This document shows, piece after piece, positions 29,258-38,469 of a DNA stretch of 44,325 nt. How positions within the stretch are numbered: position 1 is the first letter of the stretch; each line of letters begins with the position of its first letter. The translations under genes and the position numbers were made by a program. The DNA is taken from IMG/VR virus record IMGVR_UViG_3300012041_000031, positions 1 to 44,325 of that record; one strand, given 5' to 3'. Under the pieces are notes generated by a model, which saw nothing but the letters and a program-made list of their open reading frames with translations, made no database searches and was not told where the DNA came from. The DNA is from a virus. Lineage: Duplodnaviria > Caudoviricetes.

Positions 29258-31947
29258 TAACAGACGCGCAATTCATCGCGTGGCTGTCTCAGGAACACGC
29301 CGATCGTGTAATCCTGTATGAGCAGGATTATATGTACGAGGACACAGCGGGCGAGCCTGCGCTGGGAACGCTGTACCTGTCCGACAAGCCTTACGCCCCA
29401 GTCGGTTCGCAGCCGTACGTTGACAGCATCTCGGCGGTGCCCGAGTTCGAACGTAGCCTTGGGGGTAATCGGCTCAGCACCTACTCGTCGTCCATCGGCG
29501 CGGTCGAGATCATCAACACCGACGGCGAGCTCGACTTCCTGCTCGACCTTGCTATCGACGGCAGCGAGGCGCGGTTCTATTTTGGCGACGCTTCGTGGGA
29601 GCGCGCCGACTTCCGTCTGATCTTCACCGTACGTGGGATGCGCGTATCGCGTGCGCCGTTTACGCGACTTACGATCGACCTAAAGGATTCTACCTCGCTG
29701 TTGAATCAGAGCGTGGGCGGGACACAACAAGTGGGAGGCTCAGGGCCGTATGCCAACAATGCGCGCCCGCTGAACGTCGGCTTCATTCACAACCTGACGC
29801 CGCTCGTTCTTGATTCGATCAATCTGACCTACGTGCACTCGGATTCCATCTATGCCGAAGCCGTCGAGGTCCGCGACGATGGCGTCCCGGTCACGTTTGT
29901 TGACAACGGTGATGGAACGCTTGAGTTAAACGCAGCGCCGGCTGGGTTGATAACTTGCGACGTGTACTCGGTGACGGGAGTCGATCAAGACAAGTTGAGC
30001 GACGCGATGTCGCGGCTTGTCGGAGCGCGCGGAGGATTCGCAGCGGCGGGGCTTTACTACGGTCCGCACGCCACGTTCGTCGAGGATGACAACGACGACT
30101 ACCGGATCGGGATGTCGATCCAAGACGCGCGCAACGTCATAGACGTACTCGACGAGCTAACGGAGAGCGGCAACTGCTTCACTGCGATCCGACGCGATGG
30201 GCAATTCACCTTCGGTCGACTTCGCCCGTACGACATAGAAGGGCTCGGCACCAGTGCCGGGCTCGAGCCCGTTGACATCGTCGAGGACGACATCATCCCG
30301 CAGACGGCGTTCGATGTTCAACACCTGACGCCGGAGTACTATCAGTATCAGGCGTACGCGCACAAGAATTGGACGGTGCAGAATACGCTGTCCGAACTCT
30401 TGCAGCCGGACGAGCAGGCGCGGTTCACGCGTAAGGGGCAGTACGCGCTACAGACGCTCGTGGGCGGCACAACCTACGCGCTCGCGCCGGAGCTGTATCA
30501 CAAGACGCTGTCGACCTCGCCGCCGATCGAGACGCTGCTGTCGTGGGAGGATGATTCGTCGATCGTCGACCTGACGCAGTGGATGGAGACGCGGCGGGCG
30601 ATGTTCCTGCCGTGGCTGGAGATTGTCACGGTCACGGTGCCGCTCGGTGCTAACCCCGACGCGCCTGCGATGTTCTACGCGCTCGAGCTCGGCGACGTCG
30701 TGCGCGTGACGGTTCCTCGGTTCGGCTACGACGCGGGTGTACTGTTCCAGGTCATCGCCATCGGTATCGGCCTGTCGAAGGCGCGGACGATGCTGCGTCT
30801 TGTGCGCAAGCGTGGCGTATCGGCTCCTCCGATCGGATGGGAGTCGGGCGAGCAGTACATCATCCAGACGCCGCTAGCGTGGCGACCGGGGACGCCTAGC
30901 GTTGAAATCGGTCCGCCGGTAGTTGTCATTCTTCCTCCACCGCCCGTCGGTCCTACCCTTCAAGAATATTTCTTTGACTACTATGGTGGTGTGTTTTACG
31001 GCGGAGCCGTTTCTTTGATCCCGGAGTTTTACGACGCCGATACTAATTCGCCTCTTTGGTATGAAGAGGTTGTGGAGCAGTCGATCACTGTTTACGGTGA
31101 CGAGGCGGCCAATTTCGTAGCTAATGTTTACATCCCATTTACTACTAACAACTTCTCAACAGGCGCTCTGCATTATCCGGCCAACATCTCCTATGTTTCG
31201 GAAGATGTTATGCCGGAGATTTACTTTCTAGATAATTCGCAACAGGCTCTTCCTGCGCCGGGCTCTGGTGCGGCCATTGACTACACCGCCAATCCCTATG
31301 AAGTGACCGGGATCGTTGTCGCAGTGCCGGGCACTATTCCAGAGTTTATTCTTTCGTCTGTAGACCTTCAGGGATGGTTCGCCTACGACACTTACAATGG
31401 TGCGAACCTAACTTACTTCGCCGCGACGTTTGTGACGGGCGCCGGACAGTTGGGATCGACGGGTACGGTTGGAGTGACCTATGGGCACCTGTTGATAACT
31501 GTTGTGAATCAATCCGGCAGCACGATCACGGACATCGATGCTGACGGTATCGGTACAAGCATCACAATCGGGCTACCAACGACCGCCGTCGACCCAGACG
31601 ATGTGCAAGACAGTGAGCTAGACATCTCGTTCGTGGGTGGCTCTCCGTCATGCGCAGTGCACAACGCAGGAAGCATCACTCTTACCGTAAGCGGAAGTCG
31701 TCACTCGCTTAGTTTCAAGGTCGAGGATGCATCAATAACTGATGGCCAGACCGTGCGGTTTGTCTTCCCGATAGTGGCGCAAATTGGTGAGCCTACTGGC
31801 TACGGCACGCCAGCATCTGATCCGAACACAACGTTTGTAAATACGCTGCCAGTCATAACGGGCGATGATAGTGTCGTTACTACACCATCGACCACGGTGA
31901 AATTTTTCAACGACATGAGCACGTCGTTGCAGTTTGAGCCGGAGTAA
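29254..31947 (+). CDS. Tail tip/hub protein with variable C-terminal extension
   Basis: Follows tape measure; N.TP.L.D, VRDDGVP, LELGDVV.V..PRFG; Pro-rich linker then AT-richer C-terminus. Confidence 0.75.
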   Translation: MITDAQFIAWLSQEHADRVILYEQDYMYEDTAGEPALGTLYLSDKPYAPVGSQPYVDSISAVPEFERSLGGNRLSTYSSSIGAVEIINTDGELDFLLDLAIDGSEARFYFGDASWERADFRLIFTVRGMRVSRAPFTRLTIDLKDSTSLLNQSVGGTQQVGGSGPYANNARPLNVGFIHNLTPLVLDSINLTYVHSDSIYAEAVEVRDDGVPVTFVDNGDGTLELNAAPAGLITCDVYSVTGVDQDKLSDAMSRLVGARGGFAAAGLYYGPHATFVEDDNDDYRIGMSIQDARNVIDVLDELTESGNCFTAIRRDGQFTFGRLRPYDIEGLGTSAGLEPVDIVEDDIIPQTAFDVQHLTPEYYQYQAYAHKNWTVQNTLSELLQPDEQARFTRKGQYALQTLVGGTTYALAPELYHKTLSTSPPIETLLSWEDDSSIVDLTQWMETRRAMFLPWLEIVTVTVPLGANPDAPAMFYALELGDVVRVTVPRFGYDAGVLFQVIAIGIGLSKARTMLRLVRKRGVSAPPIGWESGEQYIIQTPLAWRPGTPSVEIGPPVVVILPPPPVGPTLQEYFFDYYGGVFYGGAVSLIPEFYDADTNSPLWYEEVVEQSITVYGDEAANFVANVYIPFTTNNFSTGALHYPANISYVSEDVMPEIYFLDNSQQALPAPGSGAAIDYTANPYEVTGIVVAVPGTIPEFILSSVDLQGWFAYDTYNGANLTYFAATFVTGAGQLGSTGTVGVTYGHLLITVVNQSGSTITDIDADGIGTSITIGLPTTAVDPDDVQDSELDISFVGGSPSCAVHNAGSITLTVSGSRHSLSFKVEDASITDGQTVRFVFPIVAQIGEPTGYGTPASDPNTTFVNTLPVITGDDSVVTTPSTTVKFFNDMSTSLQFEPE

Positions 31948-31950
31948 TTA

Positions 31951-32322
31951 ATGCCCACTGGTTATCAAAGTAGGCTGAGTGATACCTACTGGACAAGCCC
32001 GACACTGACGTGGGGCGGCGGCATGTGGTCTGGGCCAGGATCAGAATTCACGCTTGAGCCCACCGCTGCGATGGACATGAATTTTATCGAGCTGCGAATG
32101 GTGTTGAAATTTTTTGGTTTTGCAGGAGTTGGGGTCAAATTGGTACAGCGGTACATTGGCGCAGTACTCCAAGACGTCTACGTTCTTTCCGGGCAGCAGG
32201 ATCAAAGGGTATGTCTGCGCCTCCACGCATTTAGCAGCACAGATATCAATCTCGTCTTCAATATGAGCGTGGACATCGAGATTTACGAAATCGACGTTGG
32301 ATATATAGGGATGCACGTCTAA
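31951..32322 (+). CDS. Hypothetical beta-rich tail-associated protein
   Basis: Fills the gap between tail genes with 3-nt and 0-nt spacing; AT-richer codons. Confidence 0.6.
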   Translation: MPTGYQSRLSDTYWTSPTLTWGGGMWSGPGSEFTLEPTAAMDMNFIELRMVLKFFGFAGVGVKLVQRYIGAVLQDVYVLSGQQDQRVCLRLHAFSSTDINLVFNMSVDIEIYEIDVGYIGMHV

Positions 32323-33192
32323 ATGGCCGCCTCATTTCGCATCATCCCGCGCAACTTCCACCACGAGGCGACGCTCTCGACTGAGTTCGCCGCTGCCGAC
32401 GGTTGCTCGATCGTCAATACTCAGAACCGCAAGCGCTCGCGCGTGTGGCGGTCGGATACGACCACGGCGGCCGACGCATCGGATAATCAGTACATCGCCG
32501 GGACGTTCGACGACGGCGACCCGCGCGAGCCCGACTACTTCGCCTTCTTCCGCCACCGCTGTCACGGCGGGCAGGTTCGCTTGCAGCTCTACTCCGACGC
32601 GGGCTGGACGAGTCAGGTGTGGGACTCGACGCCGGTGGACGTGATCCGGGCGATCGGGGTCGATGGTGCTGATTTCGGGGCCGATCCGTATCTGATCGGC
32701 GCTTTCGATCCGCACATAATCGACTCGCCGTTCTATCTGCGCTTCGATCCGGTCGCCTGTCTGTCGTACAAGGTCACGTTTAGCGGCAACGTTGCCACCT
32801 TCGGCGCAGCGTATTGGGAGGTCTGCACGTTCATGCTCGGGCGGTCCTTTGCTCCGGCCCGGCAGCCGGTGAGTTTCGATCTCGGTGTCATCGACCTGAC
32901 AGAAACCGATCGCTCGCGCGGTGGTTCGCTCTACAGCAACATCGGCGCACAGGCGCGGACGCTGCGACTCTTGCTGGAGTCGGTCAACGAAGACGAGCGT
33001 GCCGCGTGGCTCGACATCGTCCGGCAGTGCGGGCTGGGTCGCGACCTAGCGTTGACGTTGTACGACGGAGAAGCGACGCGCAGGGAACGCGATCACGTCA
33101 TGTACGGTACCTTCTCCGCGCTTGATGCGATCGGCCGGTCCGTGACCCGCTGGAACCTGTTGACGAAGTCCCTGCAATTTCAGGAGGCGTGA
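32323..33192 (+). CDS. Minor tail (distal-tail-like) protein
   Basis: N.QN..RS.VWRS, RLQLYSD, D.TE..RSRGGSLY, ARTL.L.L, terminal LQFQE. Confidence 0.7.
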   Translation: MAASFRIIPRNFHHEATLSTEFAAADGCSIVNTQNRKRSRVWRSDTTTAADASDNQYIAGTFDDGDPREPDYFAFFRHRCHGGQVRLQLYSDAGWTSQVWDSTPVDVIRAIGVDGADFGADPYLIGAFDPHIIDSPFYLRFDPVACLSYKVTFSGNVATFGAAYWEVCTFMLGRSFAPARQPVSFDLGVIDLTETDRSRGGSLYSNIGAQARTLRLLLESVNEDERAAWLDIVRQCGLGRDLALTLYDGEATRRERDHVMYGTFSALDAIGRSVTRWNLLTKSLQFQEA

Positions 33193-33554
33193 TGGCATCA
33201 CCGAACATCAACATTGAAGGGCTGATCGTACTTATTGATACGTTGGCCTACGAGGCGACCAATGCGGTGACCACTGTCACAGATTCAACGGTCGCCGCGG
33301 ACCATGCCCGCAAGATTGACGCAATCTATGCTAGCAACATCGGCACGACGCTCGGCTGGGTCAGCGTGTGGTTTCGCAAGGGCGGCGTCGATTATCCGTT
33401 GACGCTGGAAGAACGTGTTTCGCTGAAGACGAAGATTAACGTCTTGCTCGGCGGGCCGCTCCACATGGACGAAGGCGATAGCCTGAAGGTGCAGGCGAAC
33501 GCGAACACGAGCATCAACATCCTGGCGCCGTACGCGGACATGGTCGAGCCGTGA
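33192..33554 (+). CDS. Small beta-sandwich virion protein (MA.PNI...EGDSL family)
   Basis: KIDAIYASN, LHMDEGDSLKVQA; TGATG coupling. Confidence 0.7.
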   Translation: MASPNINIEGLIVLIDTLAYEATNAVTTVTDSTVAADHARKIDAIYASNIGTTLGWVSVWFRKGGVDYPLTLEERVSLKTKINVLLGGPLHMDEGDSLKVQANANTSINILAPYADMVEP

Positions 33555-34498
33555 CCGTCTGTGTACTGTCTATGCGCGGACTGGGGGACAACATCTACGT
33601 GCGCGCATTCATCAAGACACTTATCGCTAACGGCGATGACGTTTTCATACGCACCCCTTGGCCCGAGCTGTTTGAGGATTACCAGTCCGTTCACTTCTTG
33701 AAGGATGATACTGCACTGCGTACGCAGGCCAAGAACGTTCGGCGCCAAGATGCTATGCGTTGGGTTGTGGAGCCTGCGCAGTGCCGACGAATCAGTCCGA
33801 GCTACGGCGTACCGTGTCTGCGTGATGGTTCTATCGTTGATGCGATGGAACGTAGTTTTCTTGTACCCCCTTCGGGTTGGGACTTGCCAGCGTTCCCTCG
33901 GATGGTGCGCGACAAACCGATCGCAGTTATTCGTCCTGTGACAGAGCGCAGGGAATGGTGGAATTCTGCAAGAGGCCCGCTGCCTGCATACGTAGCGCAC
34001 GTGTCTGCCAGTCTGATGGCGACTCACCACGTTATCAGCGTTGCTGATATCGTGCCGAACGTTGAATGGTTGATTGGGGAAGCTCCCCCCGCGCATGAGC
34101 GGTTCCATGCTGGGGAACTTGATGTGCGTCAACTGCTGGGGCTCATTCAGTCGGCTGATGTCGTAGTCGGCGGTGTTGGGTGGATCGTGCCCGCATGCGC
34201 CAGCACGGGGGTTCCTCTGTTCTGCATTTTGGGGGGTCAGGGCGGGCACAACGCGCCTGACAAAGTAACGCACTCGAGCATGGATCTTCGCTATGTACGC
34301 TTCGCGCGGCCAAACCGTTATTGCCTCTGTGAAAGCATGCGACACGCGTGCAACAAGACCATCACCAATATCGCAGGACAGTGGGCGCAGTTTCGGCGCG
34401 AATGCTTGGATGTTAGACATAGCGCAGCGCGAGCTGACGTGGATACAGAACCCTGGGATCGGATATTACCCGGTGCAACCGAGTACGTTCCCCTATGA
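33551..34498 (+). CDS. Glycosyltransferase, GT-B fold, GT9 (heptosyltransferase)-like
   Basis: MRGLGDNIY, TPWPELF, LLGLIQSADVVVGGVGWIVP.CASTGVP.F...GG. Confidence 0.75.
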   Translation: MTVCVLSMRGLGDNIYVRAFIKTLIANGDDVFIRTPWPELFEDYQSVHFLKDDTALRTQAKNVRRQDAMRWVVEPAQCRRISPSYGVPCLRDGSIVDAMERSFLVPPSGWDLPAFPRMVRDKPIAVIRPVTERREWWNSARGPLPAYVAHVSASLMATHHVISVADIVPNVEWLIGEAPPAHERFHAGELDVRQLLGLIQSADVVVGGVGWIVPACASTGVPLFCILGGQGGHNAPDKVTHSSMDLRYVRFARPNRYCLCESMRHACNKTITNIAGQWAQFRRECLDVRHSAARADVDTEPWDRILPGATEYVPL

Positions 34499-35045
34499 CA
34501 GTGCCTACTTCTCCAAGTACGCGGGCTATGCACGCACGCCGATGGGCGCGCAACTCAACGCCTTCCGTAGAGCGTTCGTGAATAGGTATTGGGGCGACAA
34601 GGTGCTTGTCGACATAGGTGTCGGTTGTGGTCAATTCATAGAGTCGCGAGCATTAACCTATGGCTACGATGTGAATCCTGCCGGTGTAGAGTGGTTGAGG
34701 GAGCGGGCGCTATATCGAGATCCTTACAGCAGTGAGTTTGCGGATCGTGGTATAGACGCCATCAGTTGCTGGGACGTTTTGGAACACATCGAGAATCCTG
34801 CGCCGCTTTTGTCAAGCGTGCGCTCGTGGGTCTTCGTGTCAATACCTGTCTTTCGTGATCTTAATCACATTCTAGGCAGTAAGCATTATCGGCCCGAAGA
34901 ACACTTTTGGTATTGGACTGAACACGGTTTCGATGCCTTCATGTCGGCGCACGGTTTTGAGGTTGTCAAAGTAAGCGATGAAGAAACGCAGCTAGGACGC
35001 GAGGACATCCTGTCGTTTGCGCTGCGCCGTAGGGAACAGGCGTGA
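34410..35045 (+). CDS. Class I SAM-dependent methyltransferase
   Basis: LVDIGVGCGQF, GYDVNP, WDVLEHIENP, FVSIP, HYRPEEHFWYWT; likely start ATG 34410 overlapping the GT gene. Confidence 0.85.
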   Translation: MLDIAQRELTWIQNPGIGYYPVQPSTFPYDSAYFSKYAGYARTPMGAQLNAFRRAFVNRYWGDKVLVDIGVGCGQFIESRALTYGYDVNPAGVEWLRERALYRDPYSSEFADRGIDAISCWDVLEHIENPAPLLSSVRSWVFVSIPVFRDLNHILGSKHYRPEEHFWYWTEHGFDAFMSAHGFEVVKVSDEETQLGREDILSFALRRREQA

Positions 35046-35605
35046 AGCACTTCTTCATAGACCATGACTATCGGCTACGGTTGCGCACGTACGACGATGT
35101 CGTTGGCGAGCCGCCGGAGTTGCTTCGCATGGGTACGGGCCTGCGCTACATCTGGCGCTTCGCAGCGCACTGGTGCAAGGGGCAGGGTTGCGACGTGGGG
35201 CCAGCTTTCTTTGGCGCCGATGCTGGCATCATGCTGCCCGGTGCTGTCGCTGTTGATTCGTCAATACCCGGCACCGGGCACGCGCTCGCTCTGCCATTCA
35301 GTGATGGTTCACTTGACTACGTGTTCAGCAGTCATTGTATCGAGCACGTCGACGACCCTGAAGGTGCGATATGCGAAGCGCATCGTGTGCTGAAGCCGGG
35401 CGGTATTCATTTCCTGTACATGCCGTTCCCAGAGCACATCTCGTGGGATCCGCAAACGTGCGTAGAATCGCGAACGTTTCACCACTGGCAGCCGACGCCG
35501 TCCGAAGTTGCACGGTTGCTTATTCTGGCTGGCTTTGATGTCGTACATAATGAGTGGCAACGCGATGTACTATGGAGCTTTGCTACGGTTGGTCGTAAAC
35601 GATGA
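35042..35605 (+). CDS. Class I SAM-dependent methyltransferase (Methyltransf_11-like)
   Basis: GCDVG, LPFSDGSLDYVFSSHCIEHV, RVLKPGG. Confidence 0.85.
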   Translation: MKHFFIDHDYRLRLRTYDDVVGEPPELLRMGTGLRYIWRFAAHWCKGQGCDVGPAFFGADAGIMLPGAVAVDSSIPGTGHALALPFSDGSLDYVFSSHCIEHVDDPEGAICEAHRVLKPGGIHFLYMPFPEHISWDPQTCVESRTFHHWQPTPSEVARLLILAGFDVVHNEWQRDVLWSFATVGRKR

Positions 35606-36045
35606 GATACGACGACATGCCACCACCTAGGCGTAGCAGCGTTCATGAACGTATAGAATCGCTCATTGCCAAGACTGCTGATCCGGTGCAGCAGGCGACG
35701 CTGCTGCTATTAGTCAGTTTCGACACAGCACTGGACGCGAACACGCAAGCGACGCAGCGTATAGCCGTGGCATTCGAACATCATAAGGATGATTTCATCA
35801 AACACACCGCAGCATTCGACGAGCACATCGTCGAGGAAGTAAAGATGTTCAACATCTCCGCCATGAAGCACGAGAAAGCGGTCGCCAACGTGCGCGGCGC
35901 ATGGTACGCGGCAACGATTCTAGTGGGTGCGATCTTAGCTCTAGCAAGCGTTATAGTATCAGGCTACCGCGACACGCTGATAGACCTGTCGTCCCGCGTG
36001 CGCGTGTTGGAGAATCAAGTCGGAGTCGGGAGCGGCGGTCGATGA
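35602..36045 (+). CDS. Membrane-anchored coiled-coil protein, lysis region
   Basis: One hydrophobic helix (AWYAATILVGAILALASVIV); ATGA overlaps. Confidence 0.65.
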   Translation: MRYDDMPPPRRSSVHERIESLIAKTADPVQQATLLLLVSFDTALDANTQATQRIAVAFEHHKDDFIKHTAAFDEHIVEEVKMFNISAMKHEKAVANVRGAWYAATILVGAILALASVIVSGYRDTLIDLSSRVRVLENQVGVGSGGR

Positions 36046-36374
36046 TAGCTGATCTACGCGCATGGTTGAACAATCAAAAGGTTCCGCTGAGTGCGGCGCT
36101 GGGCATGTGCGCAGTTCTAATCACTGCCTACATCTGGCTGTATGCCGAGTTTGTCACGGCAGCACAGTTTAATCAGTATCAGAGCGGTATCGAGCGCCGC
36201 ATCCTGACCGAGAAGGCGCAGATGCTTGACGCCGAGATCCTGAAGATCGAAGTAAAGTGTCGCGCCTATCCCCGGCAATGCGATGCGGTGGACAAGGCGC
36301 TCCTCGAGCGTTACCGGCGCGACCTCGCACGGGTGCAACGCGAACTAGGGCAACCTGCCCTGATAAGGAGATAG
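36042..36374 (+). CDS. Single-pass membrane protein, lysis region
   Basis: Start ATG 36042 (ATGA overlap); LSAALGMCAVLITAYIWLYA helix then coiled coil. Confidence 0.65.
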   Translation: MIADLRAWLNNQKVPLSAALGMCAVLITAYIWLYAEFVTAAQFNQYQSGIERRILTEKAQMLDAEILKIEVKCRAYPRQCDAVDKALLERYRRDLARVQRELGQPALIRR

Positions 36375-36376
36375 TC

Positions 36377-36556
36377 ATGGGACTGCTTGAATTCGTCATC
36401 GCCGTCGCCGTGCTAGGTCTAGTCTGGTATCTGGTCACGACCTTCGTGCCGATGCCTGCGCCGGGCAAGACAATCCTGTCGGTCGTCTTTGTCGTCATCC
36501 TGTTGATCCTCGTGCTGCAACTGTTCGGCCTGACCGGCTACCGGCTGCGCGGATGA
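36377..36556 (+). CDS. Two-helix small membrane protein (Thivi_2564-like; holin candidate)
   Basis: TAAGGAG RBS; two hydrophobic helices around PMPAPGKTI. Confidence 0.75.
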   Translation: MGLLEFVIAVAVLGLVWYLVTTFVPMPAPGKTILSVVFVVILLILVLQLFGLTGYRLRG

Positions 36557-37161
36557 TCGACTGGTTCAAGTCGCTGTTCGCCAAGAAGCCGGAGCCGCCC
36601 GGCTTCGGCGGGGCGGGCGCGACCGAGGGCTGGGTCGACATCGAACTGATGCGAGCCGTAAGCAGCGCAGAGGATGAAACGCTGGAGCGCTTCCTCGGTC
36701 CGCTCAACGCGACGTGCGGACAGTTCGGCATCTCTACGCCGCAGCGCCTAGCGGCGTTCCTCGCGCAGGTGGCGCATGAGTCGGGCGGCTTTCGCTACGT
36801 GCGAGAGATCGCCAGCGGCGCAGCCTATGAAGGGCGCCTTGATCTCGGCAACACGGAGCCCGGCGACGGGGAACGCTTTGCTGGGCGCGGGCTGATTCAA
36901 CTGACCGGGCGGTCGAACTATCGGCAGGCATCGTTCGCACGCTTCAATGATGAGCGGCTACTGACGGCGCCGCAATTGCTCGAGCGTCCTGACCTCGCCG
37001 CATGGGTCGCGGGATGGTACTGGCACACACGCAGCCTCAACGCTCTGGCCGATGTCGGCGACTTCGAAACGATCACGCGACGCATCAATGGCGGGCTCAA
37101 CGGGCAGGCCGATCGCGTGCGGCGCTGGAAGGCCGCGAAGGCTGAACTGAGGGTGACATGA
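36553..37161 (+). CDS. Endolysin, glycoside hydrolase family 19
   Basis: AAFLAQVAHES, YEGRLDLGNTEPGDG.RF.GRGLIQLTGRSNY, ITRRINGGLNG.ADR. Confidence 0.95.
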   Translation: MIDWFKSLFAKKPEPPGFGGAGATEGWVDIELMRAVSSAEDETLERFLGPLNATCGQFGISTPQRLAAFLAQVAHESGGFRYVREIASGAAYEGRLDLGNTEPGDGERFAGRGLIQLTGRSNYRQASFARFNDERLLTAPQLLERPDLAAWVAGWYWHTRSLNALADVGDFETITRRINGGLNGQADRVRRWKAAKAELRVT

Positions 37162-37574
37162 CCACAAGCGTATTCCGCGCAGCGATCCACCCGACCGATC
37201 AAACGGTGGACCCCGGCTACCTTGCGCTGTTCTGGATCATGGCGGTCGTCATTACTGCGATCCCGTTCATGTGCATCTTCACGATGGTCGCGATGTTCTT
37301 AGATCCTGAGCACCGCTTCTTGGTGCAGGATCTAGGCATCGGTGTCGGCAGTGTGTGCACCGGCTTCGGTGTTGCCGTCGGCGCGGTCGGTGCGTTCCGC
37401 ATGGGCGATAAGGATCGGCCGGGCACGAGCAGCACGACCACGACGACGACCAAGGTCGCGGCGATCCGCGAACCAGCGCCGCCGCCGCAGCAAGAGGAGG
37501 AGCGAGGCACTCCGGAGAAGCCGCTCCACGTTGCGCTCGAGGAACCGGTTGAAGTCAAGGGCGCGATCAGGTGA
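37158..37574 (+). CDS. Holin-like two-TM protein
   Basis: Two hydrophobic segments then a charged/Thr-rich tail; between endolysin and spanins. Confidence 0.6.
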   Translation: MTTSVFRAAIHPTDQTVDPGYLALFWIMAVVITAIPFMCIFTMVAMFLDPEHRFLVQDLGIGVGSVCTGFGVAVGAVGAFRMGDKDRPGTSSTTTTTTKVAAIREPAPPPQQEEERGTPEKPLHVALEEPVEVKGAIR

Positions 37575-37921
37575 TCCAACTCATCATCGCCGGAGTCATT
37601 GCAGTAGCCGCCGCAGGCGGTGGCTTCGTCGCGGGCATGAAGATCGGCACAGCAGAAGTGCAAGGCTGGATTGAACAGGCGGCCGAGTTAGAGTCGAAGC
37701 TGCACGACGCGCAGGAGAAGGTCGCGACGCAGAATGCCGCCGTCGCCGCACTCAAGGCTGCGTCCAAGAAGCGCCTCGCCGACTCCGAGGCGGCACGCAA
37801 GAAAGCCGAGGAGGGTGTGGCCGTGCTGGCGTCGAAGGTGCAGTCGCTGCTCGCCGCTCAACCCGCGATCCCGGAGGACGCATGCGCAAGCGCTTGCCGT
37901 CTATTGCAGCAGCCGCTCTGA
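37571..37921 (+). CDS. Inner-membrane spanin (Rz-like)
   Basis: N-terminal TM, Ala-rich coiled coil with QNAAV..L, C-terminal Cys pair. Confidence 0.85.
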   Translation: MIQLIIAGVIAVAAAGGGFVAGMKIGTAEVQGWIEQAAELESKLHDAQEKVATQNAAVAALKAASKKRLADSEAARKKAEEGVAVLASKVQSLLAAQPAIPEDACASACRLLQQPL

Positions 37922-38151
37922 TCGCTGGCTGTGGCTCGGTGCCGTGGACGGGCGCGGCGGTCGACGTGCCGGTGCCGGTGCCCTGCGTACGTGCCGCCGA
38001 CGTGCCGGTGCGGCCGGAGCTCATGGCGGACGCGGCATGGGCGACCGATGCCAATCCGTTCCAGCGTGCTCGCGCCTTGCTGGTCGACCGACTGCGACTG
38101 ATCGCCCACGCGGATCGGCTCGAGTCTCTCATCCGGGCGTGCGAGGAGTGA
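37882..38151 (+). CDS. Outer-membrane spanin lipoprotein (Rz1-like), overlapping type
   Basis: Lipobox LIAG-C, VDVPVPVPC, terminal ..IRAC; GGAGG RBS; overlaps the i-spanin end. Confidence 0.88.
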   Translation: MRKRLPSIAAAALIAGCGSVPWTGAAVDVPVPVPCVRAADVPVRPELMADAAWATDANPFQRARALLVDRLRLIAHADRLESLIRACEE

Positions 38152-38156
38152 AAGAA

Positions 38157-38339
38157 ATGACAGCCATGGAACGCATCACTCAACTGGAAGAGCTCATCGC
38201 GCAGTTGGAAGCGCGCATCGCGATATTGGAGTCGCGTCCGGTATACGTGCCGCAGCCGCTTGCGCCGCTTGCGCCTCAGTACCCACAACCGACATTCCCG
38301 TGGTATCCAACGGTTACGTATTCAGGACATCAACAATGA
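38157..38339 (+). CDS. Small coiled-coil/Pro-rich protein (60 aa)
   Basis: GAGGAG upstream; RITQLEELIAQLEARIAILE then P/Y/W-rich tail. Confidence 0.6.
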   Translation: MTAMERITQLEELIAQLEARIAILESRPVYVPQPLAPLAPQYPQPTFPWYPTVTYSGHQQ

Positions 38340-38458
38340 AGAAGTTTCTCGACAAGCTTGCGGCGAAAGTTGCCGCTCATCCGCGCGAAGTAGGCATCGC
38401 GCTCGTCGTTACATCAATAGGTTGGGCCATTTCTGGCTTCGCCTTCCTCGTGAAGTAA
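38336..38458 (+). CDS. 40-aa membrane peptide (missing from ORF track)
   Basis: ATGA overlap; MKKFLDKLAAKVAAHPREVGIALVVTSIGWAISGFAFLVK. Confidence 0.55.
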   Translation: MKKFLDKLAAKVAAHPREVGIALVVTSIGWAISGFAFLVK

Positions 38459-38469
38459 AAGGAGAGGTC

